A DNA stretch of 64,000 bases, taken from positions 36,270,001 through 36,334,000 of the forward strand of contig OX597824.1 in the NCBI GenBank assembly GCA_951406725.2. The letters are read 5' to 3'. Position numbers and translations under genes: made by a program. Source of the DNA: Octopus vulgaris (Eukaryota). The notes under the pieces are model-generated. The model made no database searches and was not told the origin of the DNA. It saw only the letters and a program-made list of their open reading frames with translations. Below, piece after piece: positions 27,191 to 40,455 of the stretch (positions within the stretch are counted from its first letter, which is position 1; each line of letters starts with the position of its first letter).

Positions 27191-27780
27191 TCCTTCTTTC
27201 CTTCTTTTTGATGCACAATGCCAAAGCTGTTCCAAAGTTTTGGCTCCTGTTTATATGTCATATACCACCACAAGGGTCACTCGTTGTGGCGGTGTTGTGG
27301 CTTGTATGCCTTAATGACCCTGAGAGAGAACTATATCAGTGGAGCTTAAGCTCTTTGTAGGGCATCTCATGCTAGACAAGTCAAAGGATAGAAGCCAGAC
27401 TAATATGGACCATCTCTTCTCAGAAATAAATTTTTTTTTTCATAGGACCAACACTGCTATCTAGAAAAAAAGCAAAATTACAGAAACATTGATGACAACT
27501 GAAAACCTACAAAGCTTGGGAGAGGAAGGCCGTCTCACAGGAAAATATGATGCAGTACAGCAGAATTCAAAATGAAGCTGCTAGGTCGACTCTCCTCCTG
27601 GCCATCAGGAGAAGAGCTGTGGTAGAAGATTACAGGGAAGTTCACCATCATCAATTCACTGAAGAAAAATTCACTGCCATCAATTCACTGTGAAGAAACT
27701 TCACCATGAGGAAATTTCACCACAAGGAAAGTTTACTGAGAAAATATATCCATAGTATCTCACCAATAATGATTAAAAAC

Positions 27781-28081
27781 GTATATTTGCCATTGAAATA
27801 TGGCTAACCCCTAAGGGTGGATGCTACTGTAGTTTGTAGCCTCAGGAGGCCATCGCCTCCAGCTGGCTATAGACACACTTTCTGTGCCGTATTAGTGACT
27901 TCCCTTTGCAAATACTGATAGGGCACAGAAAGTGTGTCTATAGCCAGCTGGAGGCGGTGGCCTCCTGGGGCTACAAACTACAGTAGCATCCACCCTTAGG
28001 GGTTAGCCATATTTAAATGGCAAATATACGTCATGATGTGTTGTAGCTACTGTTTATAACTCGCTCTGAGATTTATTATTG
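27781..28081. mobile_element. Palindrome+tail insertion with 13-bp TSD
   Basis: Arms 27779-27896/27914-28031; AATGATTAAAAAC at 27768-27780 and 28082-28094. Confidence 0.85.
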
Positions 28082-28299
28082 AATGATTAAAAACTATTTT
28101 ATCAAAAAAAGAAAACGTGAATTGTTGACAGTGAACTTACAGGATATGGTGGCTGAAGGCGTGGAAGTAGTTGCCCAGTGGAAAAAGCAGCGTTTCAGCT
28201 GGAGAGAAACAGGAAAGACAGCTCAAGAACTGTGTAGAAAAGCTGTTGATGGCCTATACTCCTTAGGGAGCTAAAAGCTTAAATAAGTAAGTACATGCT

Positions 28300-28576
28300 A
28301 GGAAATATTTTTTCGTGCTGAGAGTTGCTGAAGCATGGAACAAACTGCCGGCATCAGTTGTTAGTTGTCGGAGCCCTGCATCCTTCAAAACTTCCATGCT
28401 TTCTGAGATTCGCCAACACTATACCTGATTTTCTCTCCTCCATACACACACAAGCATGTATCTGACTCATACATTATTCGCTTTCCAGACATTTGTACAT
28501 AACTGAATATACTTTATACGCACTATCTGACAAGTTGTGGTGCGCCTGAGCACTGTATACAATAATTTCATCATCA

Positions 28577-28665
<89 letters not shown>
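28300..28665 (+). mobile_element. CR1/L2-type LINE 3' end with long (ATT)n tail
   Basis: Homologous to 25810-26097. Confidence 0.8.
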
Positions 28666-28666
<1 letters not shown>

Positions 28667-31659
28667 CTATAGTGTTTCACACCTCTGTCAGTGTTACATT
28701 AACACTACATTAACAACTGGTTCAGTTGTTGACTATGGGATATCTCTGCTTTCACTCTATATCATCAATCAACAGCTTAGAAAATTTTTATTGTCTTTTG
28801 AAGAGTGGAATTTAAAGAAATGCAAGCAGAGTATATGATAGTTTTACCTGCAGAAGTACAGCTTATAAATCTACCTTGATTTAAGAAGGGCACTAAATTT
28901 TTCAGGTTTCCAGACTCTAGCTAGCTGTTTGAATTAAGTCAGGATTGAAGAAAATTTGCTACCAAGAATACCCACTTTAGAATTAGCAGAGTTCTGAGCA
29001 TTTAGATGACTTGAATTTGTCAGGATGTTGTGGAGTGGGTTGCTTTATTTAGACAGTGATGCTATTTAGGTGATCTTTCCAGTAATGAAAGTAGGCAAAA
29101 TTAAATGCTACATAGTTGTGTAACAACAGGAGCTTTGAATGCAGAAAAACAAGTCATTGACTTTACTTATCACACTAATGAGAGGAATTTATGCACTGAC
29201 ATCATTATCTATATATGAACATGCAATCATACTGTATCTCCAGAAAGACAGACTATATTTGAGAGCCACTCTGTGGTCATTTCTCCTGCTAGAGATAATA
29301 ACAAAACATCCCTTAACACCTAACTACTTTAAAAAGAAGAATATATAGGTGTAGGAGTGGTTGTGTGGTAATTAGCTTGCTTACGAACCACATGGTTCCA
29401 GGTTCAGTCCCACTGCGTGGCACCTTGGGCAAGTGTCTTCTACTATAGCCTTGGGCCGACCAAAGCCTTGTGAGTGGATTTGGTAGACGGAAACTGAAAA
29501 TTTCAAGAAATAAAATAGTAATACATTGTATCTGCAAAAATTCTTGTAAAAGTATTACATTGTACCACAAACGTGTACCAGACTTTCAGCTTGATTATTC
29601 TGAACTAATTGATGATTTCATGGAGCGAAAAGTGCACCTTGTTTGTCTTTGAAAGTTGCCTGGATTATAAAAGTGCTCTTTTATTCATATCTGGAAGTTT
29701 TACTTACTGAAATTTGTTATAGATCTAAATGAATTATAACTTGTACTTTTAAAGATGTTCTTTAGGATAATGTGAAATATTGAACTTCAGATAGAATAAA
29801 GTAAAATATAGCTATGAATAAATGGTGCGTAGATTGTGAATTTTGATTGAAGGGATGGGGCTTTGAAACAAAAAGTTGCAGGGGGCCCTCTAAAAGTCAT
29901 GCAATGGAGCTGCTAGTTAAGGATATTATTAAATCAGAAGTGGTCTAAACCTTGCTTTCCATCTTTTAAAATTTAAGTCCTCAATTATATTCAGATCACT
30001 TCAACTATAATCCTAAATTTACCTGATACTTGACTAAGAGAAATCAGTAAATATAATATTTAAAACATTTAATGTCCAGAATGTATTTGTGTGTTTTTAT
30101 GAGAATTGGTGTTATAAGTTAAATGAAATAGCTTCAATTAAAAGTTAATTTATTTGATTATATTAAAAGAAATACATTGATAAATTATACAGGACCACTA
30201 AAATAACTCATGACAATCTTTTGATATTTACAAAAATGCTTGTAATTACCTTGATAATTCTGAGCTATGGCTGGTTAAGTTATTATGAAAATTGCTACAT
30301 ACGGTAATTAGGTAACTTTACCTGCAATGTAGTCATTAAGATCTTGTTTCAAAAGTAAAGCAAAAACATTGCTCCTTTCCATTGTAATTTAACCAATTAT
30401 GTAACATGACAGCAATAAGGTTACATTGAAAATTATTCTTTTGTACTTTTACTGCTTTGCGTCATTGAACTGGCCATGCTGGGGCACTATTTGCCCAGAA
30501 TTAGCCATTCATATCAATTCCATTACTTATTTTAATCTGATACATATGCCATCAATCTCTTATTGAACTACAGGATTATAGGACACCATAACTTTTTCTT
30601 CCATAGCTAATTTGGTTGCCTAAGTAACAGAAGCTGTCTACTAAAGATCAACACTGGCAATTTGAGGGTGTCTATTCTCTGTACATTCTTATTGTATCTG
30701 CATATCTGCTACACACAAAGACTAATTTCTGTTAACCTTCCTGTGATATCACTGCACCTCTTATGTGTCCATAGCTTGCACTGGATACACTGTATGGAGT
30801 TTTTACAAACACCTTTTCTATATGCTGAGCAAAGTTATCTCTCTGAAGAGATTTGTCTGTTTTCCGTCTTGCTTTCTTGCCTTAAGTTTCTTTAGCTCAG
30901 GTAGCGACATACATGCATGCATGCATGGTGGCTGCCCCCTCGTTATCAAGTTTGGCCATTGCATGAAGCTTAATCAATGTTGTTATCGTGCAATGCCTGT
31001 GCAAGAAGATTTTTTAAAGTGAGGAAAGGCTGTGCACTGAGTCAATCCCACTCACTAAGCAACAGCAGCCATAATCCGAAAAAAAGAACAAGTCAACATC
31101 ATCGGTAATCACTGAGCCACAGGTTTTATGTCGGAGTTGTCTCAGTTACCTGAGTCACCTTTTCCTAGAAGGATGCCCTAACAAAGGCTAGGAGTCCTTC
31201 ACTCCCAATGGTTTGACCGCACGATCGGGTATTCAGTCCGATTATTTCTATGTTCCCACGCATGATACAGCCTTAAGACATTTATTGGATGGCCGTTGAC
31301 TCTCAACAGTTCCTCCGTCCTTTGATGGGTTTTGTTTTTCATCCCACAGGGTATCCAATAAACACCCTCCTCACCAAGCAAGCTTGATGGGGTTGCCGGT
31401 TTAGTCGCCGACGACCCAACCATGCAACAGGTTGTACTGGGTTACATGTTACCAGTAGCACTCAGAAGTGACCTGACATAACATGCATGCATACATACAT
31501 ACATACATACATACATACATACATACATACAAACATACATACATACAAACATACATACATACATACATACATACATACATACATACATACATACATACAT
31601 ACATACATACATACATACATACATACATACATACATACATACATACATAAATACATACA

Positions 31660-32249
31660 TACATGAGACATGACATGACTGGAATACTGTATAATGAGAT
31701 CTATCGAAAGGATAACCCTGAGGACAAAGAAATAAGAACCCACAGAATGATGTAAGCCATAGCCACTCATAATAACAAAAGTACTGGTGGAGTGTCCCAG
31801 TGAAAACCTCAATAAAATGTAAACACAATGGATCTGATAAAATGATTTAGGATAGAAAAGAGAAACTGTGTACTGTTGTGGAAATAAGCTGCCCAGTGAA
31901 TGTTAATATAAAGCTGAAGATCTGTGAAAAAGAGAAAACTTACACTGAACTATTGAGAAATCTGCAGTTACTCTATCCAGATTACAAGTTCAGATTTAAA
32001 CCTGTAATTATTGGGGCATTGGGATATGTAACACATTACCTAAATACCAATCTTGAGAAATTAGGCTTCTCAAAACCAGAAAGGAGAAAGCTGATTCAAA
32101 GACTACAGATCCAGTCCATCACTGGAACTGTAAAAGTCTATAAAACTTCCCAGAATGTTATCATTTAAGTATATATGAGCATGTCTAGAAATGCAAGTAT
32201 ATGCATGAGAATACATACATAAAACAAAACACAAATCTGCATGTAAACA

Positions 32250-32250
<1 letters not shown>
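31660..32250 (+). mobile_element. 5'-truncated RLE-type (R4/Dong-like) LINE flanked by (CATA)n
   Basis: RHD...YWWSVPVKT...CTVVEISCP...EKEKTY...PVIIGALG endonuclease region; (CATA)n on both sides. Confidence 0.8.
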
Positions 32251-32285
<35 letters not shown>

Positions 32286-32435
32286 TATATAATGTACTTC
32301 ATGTTAAAATTATTTTAGCATTTTCTACCTTGTCTTATTTTCCATATATATATATATATATATATGCACACATATATACATACATGTGTGTGTGTGTGTG
32401 TGTATGTATATATATATGATTATATATATGATTAT

Positions 32436-32512
<77 letters not shown>

Positions 32513-33605
32513 TACTCACACACACACACATTTACATACATACATATATGTATACTTGTGTGTGTGTACACATATGCTATCTTTGTATCATAGTAAATGT
32601 ATATACACCATTAAAAGGTATGATGGTGTGGAATTGTCTGAGATAAAATCTCTTCACAGACTTAATGTGTTAAAAACACAATATATGTTGAAGTGAGACA
32701 AATATCATAATTGCAGTGATCCACAAAGACAGATGCATTTCAGCCCTCTTAAATTTGTCAATGCTGTGCAATCTATTGTCACTTGCTTAAATGATATTTG
32801 TGCCTTGTTACATAGGTAAACTGAATAAAACATTCCACAGCATCATGCCTCTAATGGCATGTATACATTTAGTATAATACACAGATAGCAATTATACTTT
32901 GATGCTTTGTATTTGTATATATGAACTCAACCAAAGCTATATTCATGACCAACTCAGAATTGGCTCAAATTTATTTTGACAATATCTCTATATGCATAAG
33001 GAGTACATATATAATTTTAGGGACCAATTTCTAAGGCTTTCAAAGATATGCTCCTCCAAAATTTGAGGGCTATGCCCCTTGTGGAGTGCAAATGTTAATT
33101 TATACAGATTTTGGTGCTGAATATCTTTAAAACTAATCTTAGTATTTAACTGAAATTACTCCGAGTAATCCAAACCCAGCCTGTCAGAATCTGCTATCAG
33201 AATTGCTCTATCTCCCTTCATTTTCAAGTTATTGACCTTTCAAATATGAACCTTTTCATGGGTGGAAAAAAAAAATCAACATTCAAGGGTCCCTTATGAG
33301 GCCAAATTGTATATACTGGGTTTCTTGTATTTGAGGACTGATCCATTCAAGATAAGAATATTCACAATGTACAAGGTATAATATAATATTTAGAGGCCTC
33401 TGAAAATGGTACCAGGTGAAAAAAACCACTTTCCATATTGGCTATATTTGCATGGCTGAGCTCTATGGACTATATTCCATTTTAGGCTAAATTCACTTTT
33501 ACTATCCTTGAGTTCCTAGATTTTCGTAGATAATGAAGTACTGTTGGCTTTATGCCAAAGTCTAAAGGCATAAAATGGTTATTAAGGTGTTTTTTTCATA
33601 TTTAA

Positions 33606-33747
33606 TAAGTAGCTTGTTTACCAACCACATGGTTCCGGGTTCAGTCCCACTGCATGGCACCTTGGGCAAGTGTCTTCTACTATAGCCTCGGGCCAACCAA
33701 AGCCTTGTGAGTGAATTTGGTAGACGGAAACTGAAAGAAGCCCGTCG

Positions 33748-33784
<37 letters not shown>

Positions 33785-33990
33785 TTGTTCCCCTAGCATT
33801 GCTTGACAACCGATGCTGGTGTGTTTGTGTCCCCGTTACTTAGCGGTTTGGCAAAAAGAGAACAATAGAATAAGTACTGGGCTTACAAAAGAATAAGTCC
33901 CGGGGTCGAGTTGCTCGATTAAAGGTGGTGCTCCAGCATGACCGCAGTCAAATGACTGAAACAAGTAAAACAGTAAAAGAGAGAGAGAGA
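33606..33990 (+). mobile_element. SINE family A
   Basis: Homologous to 35680-36062 (reverse). Confidence 0.85.
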
Positions 33991-33999
33991 GAGTATAAG

Positions 34000-34555
34000 T
34001 TATCATAAATTTTTATCAATACTGATTATTACTATTATAGTATTGAGTCATTTGGGGTGTAACCTATTTATTGAAAGGATTCTGTAGCTTTAGCAATTAA
34101 TATTAATGAGAAAGAATAAATAAATAAGCAAATACCTCGTTATTTCAACTTAAATGTCAAGTAGCAATTTAGAAATAATGAGGACTAAATGAGCCTATTA
34201 CCGACATATGTAACGAAAACAAGTATTTGGTGTCCCCATCTGTTTGTAAACTGCACCCTGAACTGATGAAGGTACTGAGAGAGTGGGTGGCCCTCATAGT
34301 AGTCATGCTGACAATATAAATAAAACTCAGAAAGTATTGGGTTAAGAATTGATCTGGTTTTTTGGGAAAGAACATATTTGTGAATATTATGCAATCAGGA
34401 GGCATTTGTTGATTATATTTTGTTCTTGGCATCTCCTATTTGGCAGTAAGTATATTTTAAAGAATTTTTCATTGTTCAAATTTACATGTATATTATCTTA
34501 ATATTTTCTTATGATGACAAATGACACATTTCTACATAAAAACATTTTGTAGAAT
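34000..34555 (+). pseudogene. M4 protease paralog 1: promoter + exon 1 (34397-34445) with ATG mutated to AGG
   Basis: About 550-bp homology with 42282-42787 and 62615-63205; TATAAA 34315-34320; gcaatcAGG-RHLLIIFCSWHLLFG-A|gtaagt. Confidence 0.8.
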
Positions 34556-34789
34556 CCCTTCCTACTTTATTTTCTATTGACTGCCCTTTTTTTCACCCTG
34601 AACACTCATCTGATACCCAGTATAAAGTGACTACCCAATACCTTTGTTTCTCACTCACTATATTTGACCCTGCAAACATTGGACCTTCATCTCTGTGACA
34701 GTGCATTCCTGTCTTACCCCTTTCTCTTCATATCAATTCTCTATTTCTCAACCTATGGTTTTATTATACTGTTGCTCTCCACCAGCACT

Positions 34790-34945
34790 CATGGTATCTT
34801 TCGATGTGGTGAATCTATACACCAATATCCCACACAACTATGGTATAGAAGCAATCACATTCTGGTTAGAAAAATATCCAGAAGAGATCCCAGGATGCAT
34901 TAACCACAGTTTTATAATTGAAGCACTCAAATTCATTCTGCTGAA
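34790..34945 (+). mobile_element. Penelope RT fragment
   Basis: VSFDVVNLYTNIPHNYGIEAITFWLEKYPEEIP, near-identical to 37220-37360. Confidence 0.8.
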
Positions 34946-35679
34946 CAACCCATTTCTATTTTCCTTTATGTTCCCCCCAAATTGAGATTCAACATTAACC
35001 GCACTTCTGCACATATTCACCACTCACTGTATTCCTCTCTAACCCCATCGCTAACCATCTCCACTCTACTTTCACACTCTCACAAGCCTACCTGTCACCA
35101 ATTCTCTATTCCCTGTCCCTGTTCTCCCTAATATTCACTTTCTTCTATCTTGAAGTATGCCCTGACATATCACCATGCTCATCATTTCTCTCTTTTCAAA
35201 TGGACTCTTGACTCATTTGAGGGGTCTTGTCTTGAAAGTTACTTGGCAATCTTACTTATGTTAGTTCCACAAAAAAAAAAAATCAAAGTCATCAAAGAAT
35301 AAACGGTTTGGGGTCAGTGAGGATGGGTGATCTCCCTTTGACCAGTTTTTGGTGGGCCTAAAGAATGGGGAACAATAAAGGGTCCTTACAATCCATAGGC
35401 AGCCCATGGGATATATCTTTTGTTCCCCCTCTTTTAGTCCAGAAAAATTGATCTAAGGGAGATAACCTGTCTTCACTGACTCAGGACTGTTTATTCTTTG
35501 ATGACTAATTGACTGAATGACCTAACGGATTTCTGCCTCCCAGAGGTGAAGAGTTACATTTGTCTTTGGCTTTAGAGTCTAGTAAGAGGTTCACAAGGCT
35601 GAGGTCTTTGTGGATGCAAAACTATTGGCCACTCTATGACCAGACATAAAATTAACTATTTATATATATATATGTATAT

Positions 35680-36062
35680 ACTCTTTTACTAGTTTCAGTC
35701 ATTTGACTGCGGCCATGCTGGAGCACCGCCTTTAATCGAGCAACTCAACCCCGGGACTTATTCTTTTGTAAGCCCAGGTCTCTTTTGCCGAAACACTAAG
35801 TAACGGGGACATAAACACACCCCACATCGGTTGTCAAGCAATGCTAAGGGGACAAACACAGACACACAAACACACACACGCATATATATACATATATACG
35901 ACAGGCTTCTTTCAGTTTCCATCTACCAAATCCACTCACAAGGCTTTGGTTGGCCCGGGGCTATAGTAGAAGACACTTGCCCAAGGCGCCACGCAGTGGG
36001 ACTGAACCCGGAACCATGTGGTTGGTAAGCAAGCTACTTACCACACAGCCACTCCTGCGCCT
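35680..36062 (-). mobile_element. SINE family A (full length)
   Basis: ggcgcaggagtggctgtgtggtaagtagcttgcttaccaaccacatggttccgggttcagtccc head. Confidence 0.9.
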
Positions 36063-36073
36063 ATATATATGTG

Positions 36074-36146
<73 letters not shown>

Positions 36147-36596
36147 TCAAAATAAGCAACAGGATATCAAGAAGTGATGCAGTATGACCGTTTCAAGCGG
36201 CTCTGTTTAATTAAACAATGCAATCATTAACATCATGATTTGGGGGTCTTTCCCATAACCAGCCTCCTTTATAGACAGACACCCAATTTACTACTCCTAA
36301 AATCTTGACAATATTTATGACCATACCTAGCCATGAGCTGTCAGCTCACTTTTGCCCTTTATTCTAAACAGACACAGTTCTTTAGTCTTAGATTTAGTAG
36401 TTGATAAGAAGACTAATAAATTAAAAAGGAACCACAATCTTTTATGACCCCAGTAAGGTTCATGCATTTCTTGGAAGTGTAGTATATTCTTAGCTACAAT
36501 AGTAACAACATGGATTTATCCCATCTTCATGCTCTGTTAAATTACTTGAGTAAAATTTTATTAATGAGTCTGGCTGATTAAAATTCTGTTCATTTG

Positions 36597-36682
36597 TGCA
36601 GCTGATGATAGCCCTGCATTTAAATTTATGTAAGGACTGCATTGTTTAATTAAATGTAGCTGCTTGAAACGGTTGTACTGCA
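36597..36682 (+). ncRNA. Type I hammerhead ribozyme motif in a Penelope pLTR
   Basis: TGCAG-CTGATGA-[stem II]-GAAAC-ggtt-GTA-CTGCA; stem I is a perfect 5 bp; partial inverted copy at 36143-36225. Confidence 0.7.
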
Positions 36683-36762
36683 TCACTCCTTGATATCCTG
36701 TTACTTATTTTGATTTTATTCACCTTACTGTGTGAATAATACTGGACTGACTTAGTGCTTCG

Positions 36763-38624
36763 ATGGATACAGAGTACTTCAAAAATTTAATACTTTCCAT
36801 GTTGGAAAATAATACTTACTATGAGAAATTAATACATTACAACGCACAGAAATCACTGAAAAACTTATCCTCCTTACTCCAAATCCAAGGAAAGGGTCTC
36901 ACTAAACATGAAATAGACTATTTATCCAATTTTAAATACAATCCTAGTCTATTCTATGGATTACCCAAAATACATAAAAATCCACACATTTGTGAAGTCT
37001 GCAAAGTCTCTACAAGCCTATGCATTAATGTCCCCCCCCCCCCCACCTACTGACCTCAAACTGAGACCCATCATAGCTGGCCCTTCTTGTGAAACCCACC
37101 GTTTGAGCAACTTCCTCGACATATTACTCAAACCTTTTTTAAAATATGTGAAAAGCTTTATCAGGGATGACCTAGACATGCTGAACCACCTTCCGAAGAC
37201 AGTAAAGGAAGGAACCCTGCTGGTATCTTTCAATGTGGTGAATCTATACACCAATATCCCATACGACTATGGTATAGAAGCAATCACATTCTGGCTAGAA
37301 AAATACCCAGAAGAGATACCGCAGTTTTATAATTGAAGCACTCAAATTCATCCTGCTGAACAATTATTTCATGTTCAATACAACTTACTATCAACAAAAA
37401 TGTGGAATTGCAATGGGAACCAGAGCTGCTCCAGTGATTGCAAACCTTGTAATGGGTTACCTAGAATTCAAGTTATAACAATCATCACTAGAAAAATATG
37501 GCACCTCTTTTAATTGCTATTTAAAGGAGAACTGGAAGAGATATTTGGATGACTGCTTCATACTTTGGAAAGACAGTATGGATAAACTCCTTGATTTCAA
37601 AATAATGCTTAACAACATACATAGCAATATACAATTCACTATGGAACACAACAGTAAACAATTCCCTTTTCTAGACATCTTAATTAAAATAGTTAACAAC
37701 CACATAGAAACAGACATCTTTTATAAACCCACAGATTCTAAACAATACCTATTATTTAACTCTTGCCACCCCAAACACATAAAAATTAATATACCCTTTA
37801 ATCTAGCGAAAAGAATCTGTACCATAGTTTTGAATACATATACTCATGAACAAAGACTTCTTGAACTTAGATCAACACTAACTAAAAGACATTACCCAAT
37901 CTCATTAATAAATGAAGGCATTAAAAGAGCTAAGGAAATAGATATACAAATGTTAAGGCAAACCAGCCAAAATACCAAACCAGACTTAAAAATACTCCCG
38001 TACATTTCCACACATAACCCTAGAAATAACGAAGCCTTCAACATAATCACCCAAAATCTTCCCATCCTCACAGCAAACAAAACAATGAATGAAATTTTAA
38101 GCTAATACAAAATTATAAAAAGCAAAAAGCAACCGAAGTCACCGAAAAAAATATTAACCAGCACAAGACTATATCCACTAACAACAGAGCCAAAAGTGAA
38201 AAAATGTGGTCGTACTAACTGTGGAACATGCCCCCACCTTTTGGAGGGTTTAGAATTTCACTTCAAACAAGGAGATATATTTAAGATCAAATCAAATTTC
38301 ACTTGCGCCTCTGAAAATCTAATCTATGTCATGACATGCTTAGAATGTGGTAACTGTTATATTGGACAAACAGGAATTTCACTCCGTCAAAGAACCACCA
38401 TTCACAAAGAGCAAATCTGCTACCCACAATACAGACAGTTACAGGTTAGTGAACACATAGAAAGGTGTGCCAGGAATCTTAATCCTAATTTCCAAATCTT
38501 CCCCTTCTATCAATGTTCACAGAACACCACAATGCAACAAAGGTTGAATAAAGAGGCATTTTTCATCAATAAATATCTCCCCCAACTAAATATGAACACA
38601 CAACTTAATACAGAACACCACTAA
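36763..38624 (+). mobile_element. Penelope-like element RT + GIY-YIG endonuclease (frameshifted)
   Basis: FYGLPKIHK, LRPIIAGP, GIAMGT, RYLDDCF, YKPTDSKQYL, CGRTNCGTC, NLIYVMTCLECGNCYIGQTG. Confidence 0.92.
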
Positions 38625-39890
38625 CCCTTCAATTAAAACCACTAACCCCTATACATTCCCTACACCATTCACATTACAACTCTATATCTAAATCCAGAAC
38701 TACTTACCTCCTTTACAAATAATCCAGAACTACTTACCTCCCTTACAAATAATCTTTTTTCTCAGGAGCTATTAGACCTGACACCGTGTATTAGCTGGTG
38801 TTTATTCAAAGCAATGAATAGCTTTGCAGAAACCATGGTACGCTTTGTTTTCTGACTTTTTAATCATCTCATAATAATGACTTTTATTACTACCTCAGTT
38901 CATCTAAATGTATATATCTGTCGTTACCTTTCATAAAAAGCCTTTTCTTTTTTATTTACAATGTGCATTTTCGTTGATTTTTCATATTTTCCCCTTACAT
39001 TTCCATTTGTATTTTATATTTTCTTTTTGTAACATATTTCTACTATATATATATATATATCTTTTTACTTGTTTCAGTCATTAGAATGCAGCCATGCTGG
39101 GATACTGCCATGAAGAATTTTTAGTCAAATGAATTGATCCCAGTACTTTTTTTAAAACCAGGAGGATCATGGTTTTGATTCCCAGACTGGGCGTTGTGTG
39201 AGTTTATTGAGCGAAAATACCTAAAGCTCCATGAGGCTCTGGCAGGGGGTGGTGGCGACCCCTGTTGTTCTCTCACTCTTCCTTCCTGTTTCTTCAGTAA
39301 TGCTGCGATGGACTGGCATCCCGTCCAGCTGGGGTGGGGGGCACATATGCCACAGAAACCGGGAAACCGGGCCCATGAGCCTGGCTAGGCTTGAAAAGGG
39401 CGCATACAAAAAAAAAAATGGGGGGTTATGTTGTTTAGAATTTATTCATATATGTAGAACTTTGTAAATAAATATGTATGTTTAAGTGTGGCCCTTTTGT
39501 TTGACAGACACAGGATGTGTCAGTCATTTTATAGGATTTAATCCCTTGCTTTGACAATGTAAAGCTAAAGGTACAAAGTCCAGTATTTAAAACATTAATA
39601 ACTAAGTTTGCCAACATTTTTGTAATGGAACTTTTTAGGGGTTTGCAAAAGAATGTAAGTAAATGGTATGTCTTAACTGGTCAGTTTCTTTACTTGTTGT
39701 TATTTAGGGTATTTCTTATTTCTATTTGGGAGGTGGTGGCTATTAGTCAGGCATATCATGGTGTTGTTAGTATAAAAAATTGTTTCTCCTGTGCTTTGAT
39801 GTTCACAAAAGTATTTGGTTAGGTATAGAGGTTATTGGTGTTTATGTTTCTCTTTAGGTGTTCATTGAACTATATGTGATTTGATAAGTA

Positions 39891-40455
39891 TTGGGTTGTC
39901 CGGAAAGTTCATGCCAATTTATAGTAGCTTACATTTCGACTTATTTTAGAACATGGTGAATCCATAAAATAGGATTTGACTACACATCCATTTAGAGCAC
40001 AGTTTAAGCTATCTTTTCATGGAAGAAGGTTTATGTTCCTGTAACCTGTGTTAATTCTGTAACCCTTTAAAATGGAAGATAAGAAAGTTCATTTTCGGCA
40101 CTTGATGCTTTAGAAACCAGACAAAAATTGCTGCAGCTCGGCTGGGATGTGTTACCCGACCCTCCATATTCACCAGATATTGCTCCTTTGGATCTCCACT
40201 TATTCAGGTCTCTGAAGAATAGTCTAAATGGAAAAAATTTTAATTCTTTGGATGACGTAAAAAGATACCTTGATGAATTGTTTGCCGTGAAACCACCTCA
40301 ATTCTGGGAAGAGGGTATTTTCAAGTTAAAGGAAAGATGGAGATGCATTGAGCAACAAAATGGTTCATATTTGGTTGATTAAAAATGTAATGGGAAGTAT
40401 TTATTGACCTTTTTCTTTCCTTTAAAAATCGGCACGAACTTTCCGGACAACCCAA
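39891..40455 (+). mobile_element. Internally deleted mariner element
   Basis: TIR TTGGGTTGTCCGGAAAGTTC, TA TSD; WDVLPDPPYSPDIAPLDLHLFRSL. Confidence 0.92.

Noticed and set aside
24598-32696. Many 60-150 aa ORFs (CVCV, MYVC, HTHT, YIYI; similar poly-L/poly-N ORFs at 54.7 and 59.0 kb)
   Set aside because: They are translations of microsatellites with no coding signal
34263-34269. CTGATGA as a hammerhead or C/D-box motif in the M4 promoter
   Set aside because: No matching GAAA or stems, and it is not conserved in the other two promoter copies
34389-34412. Alternative ATG rescuing paralog 1
   Set aside because: Out of frame; reads MQSGGIC then stops
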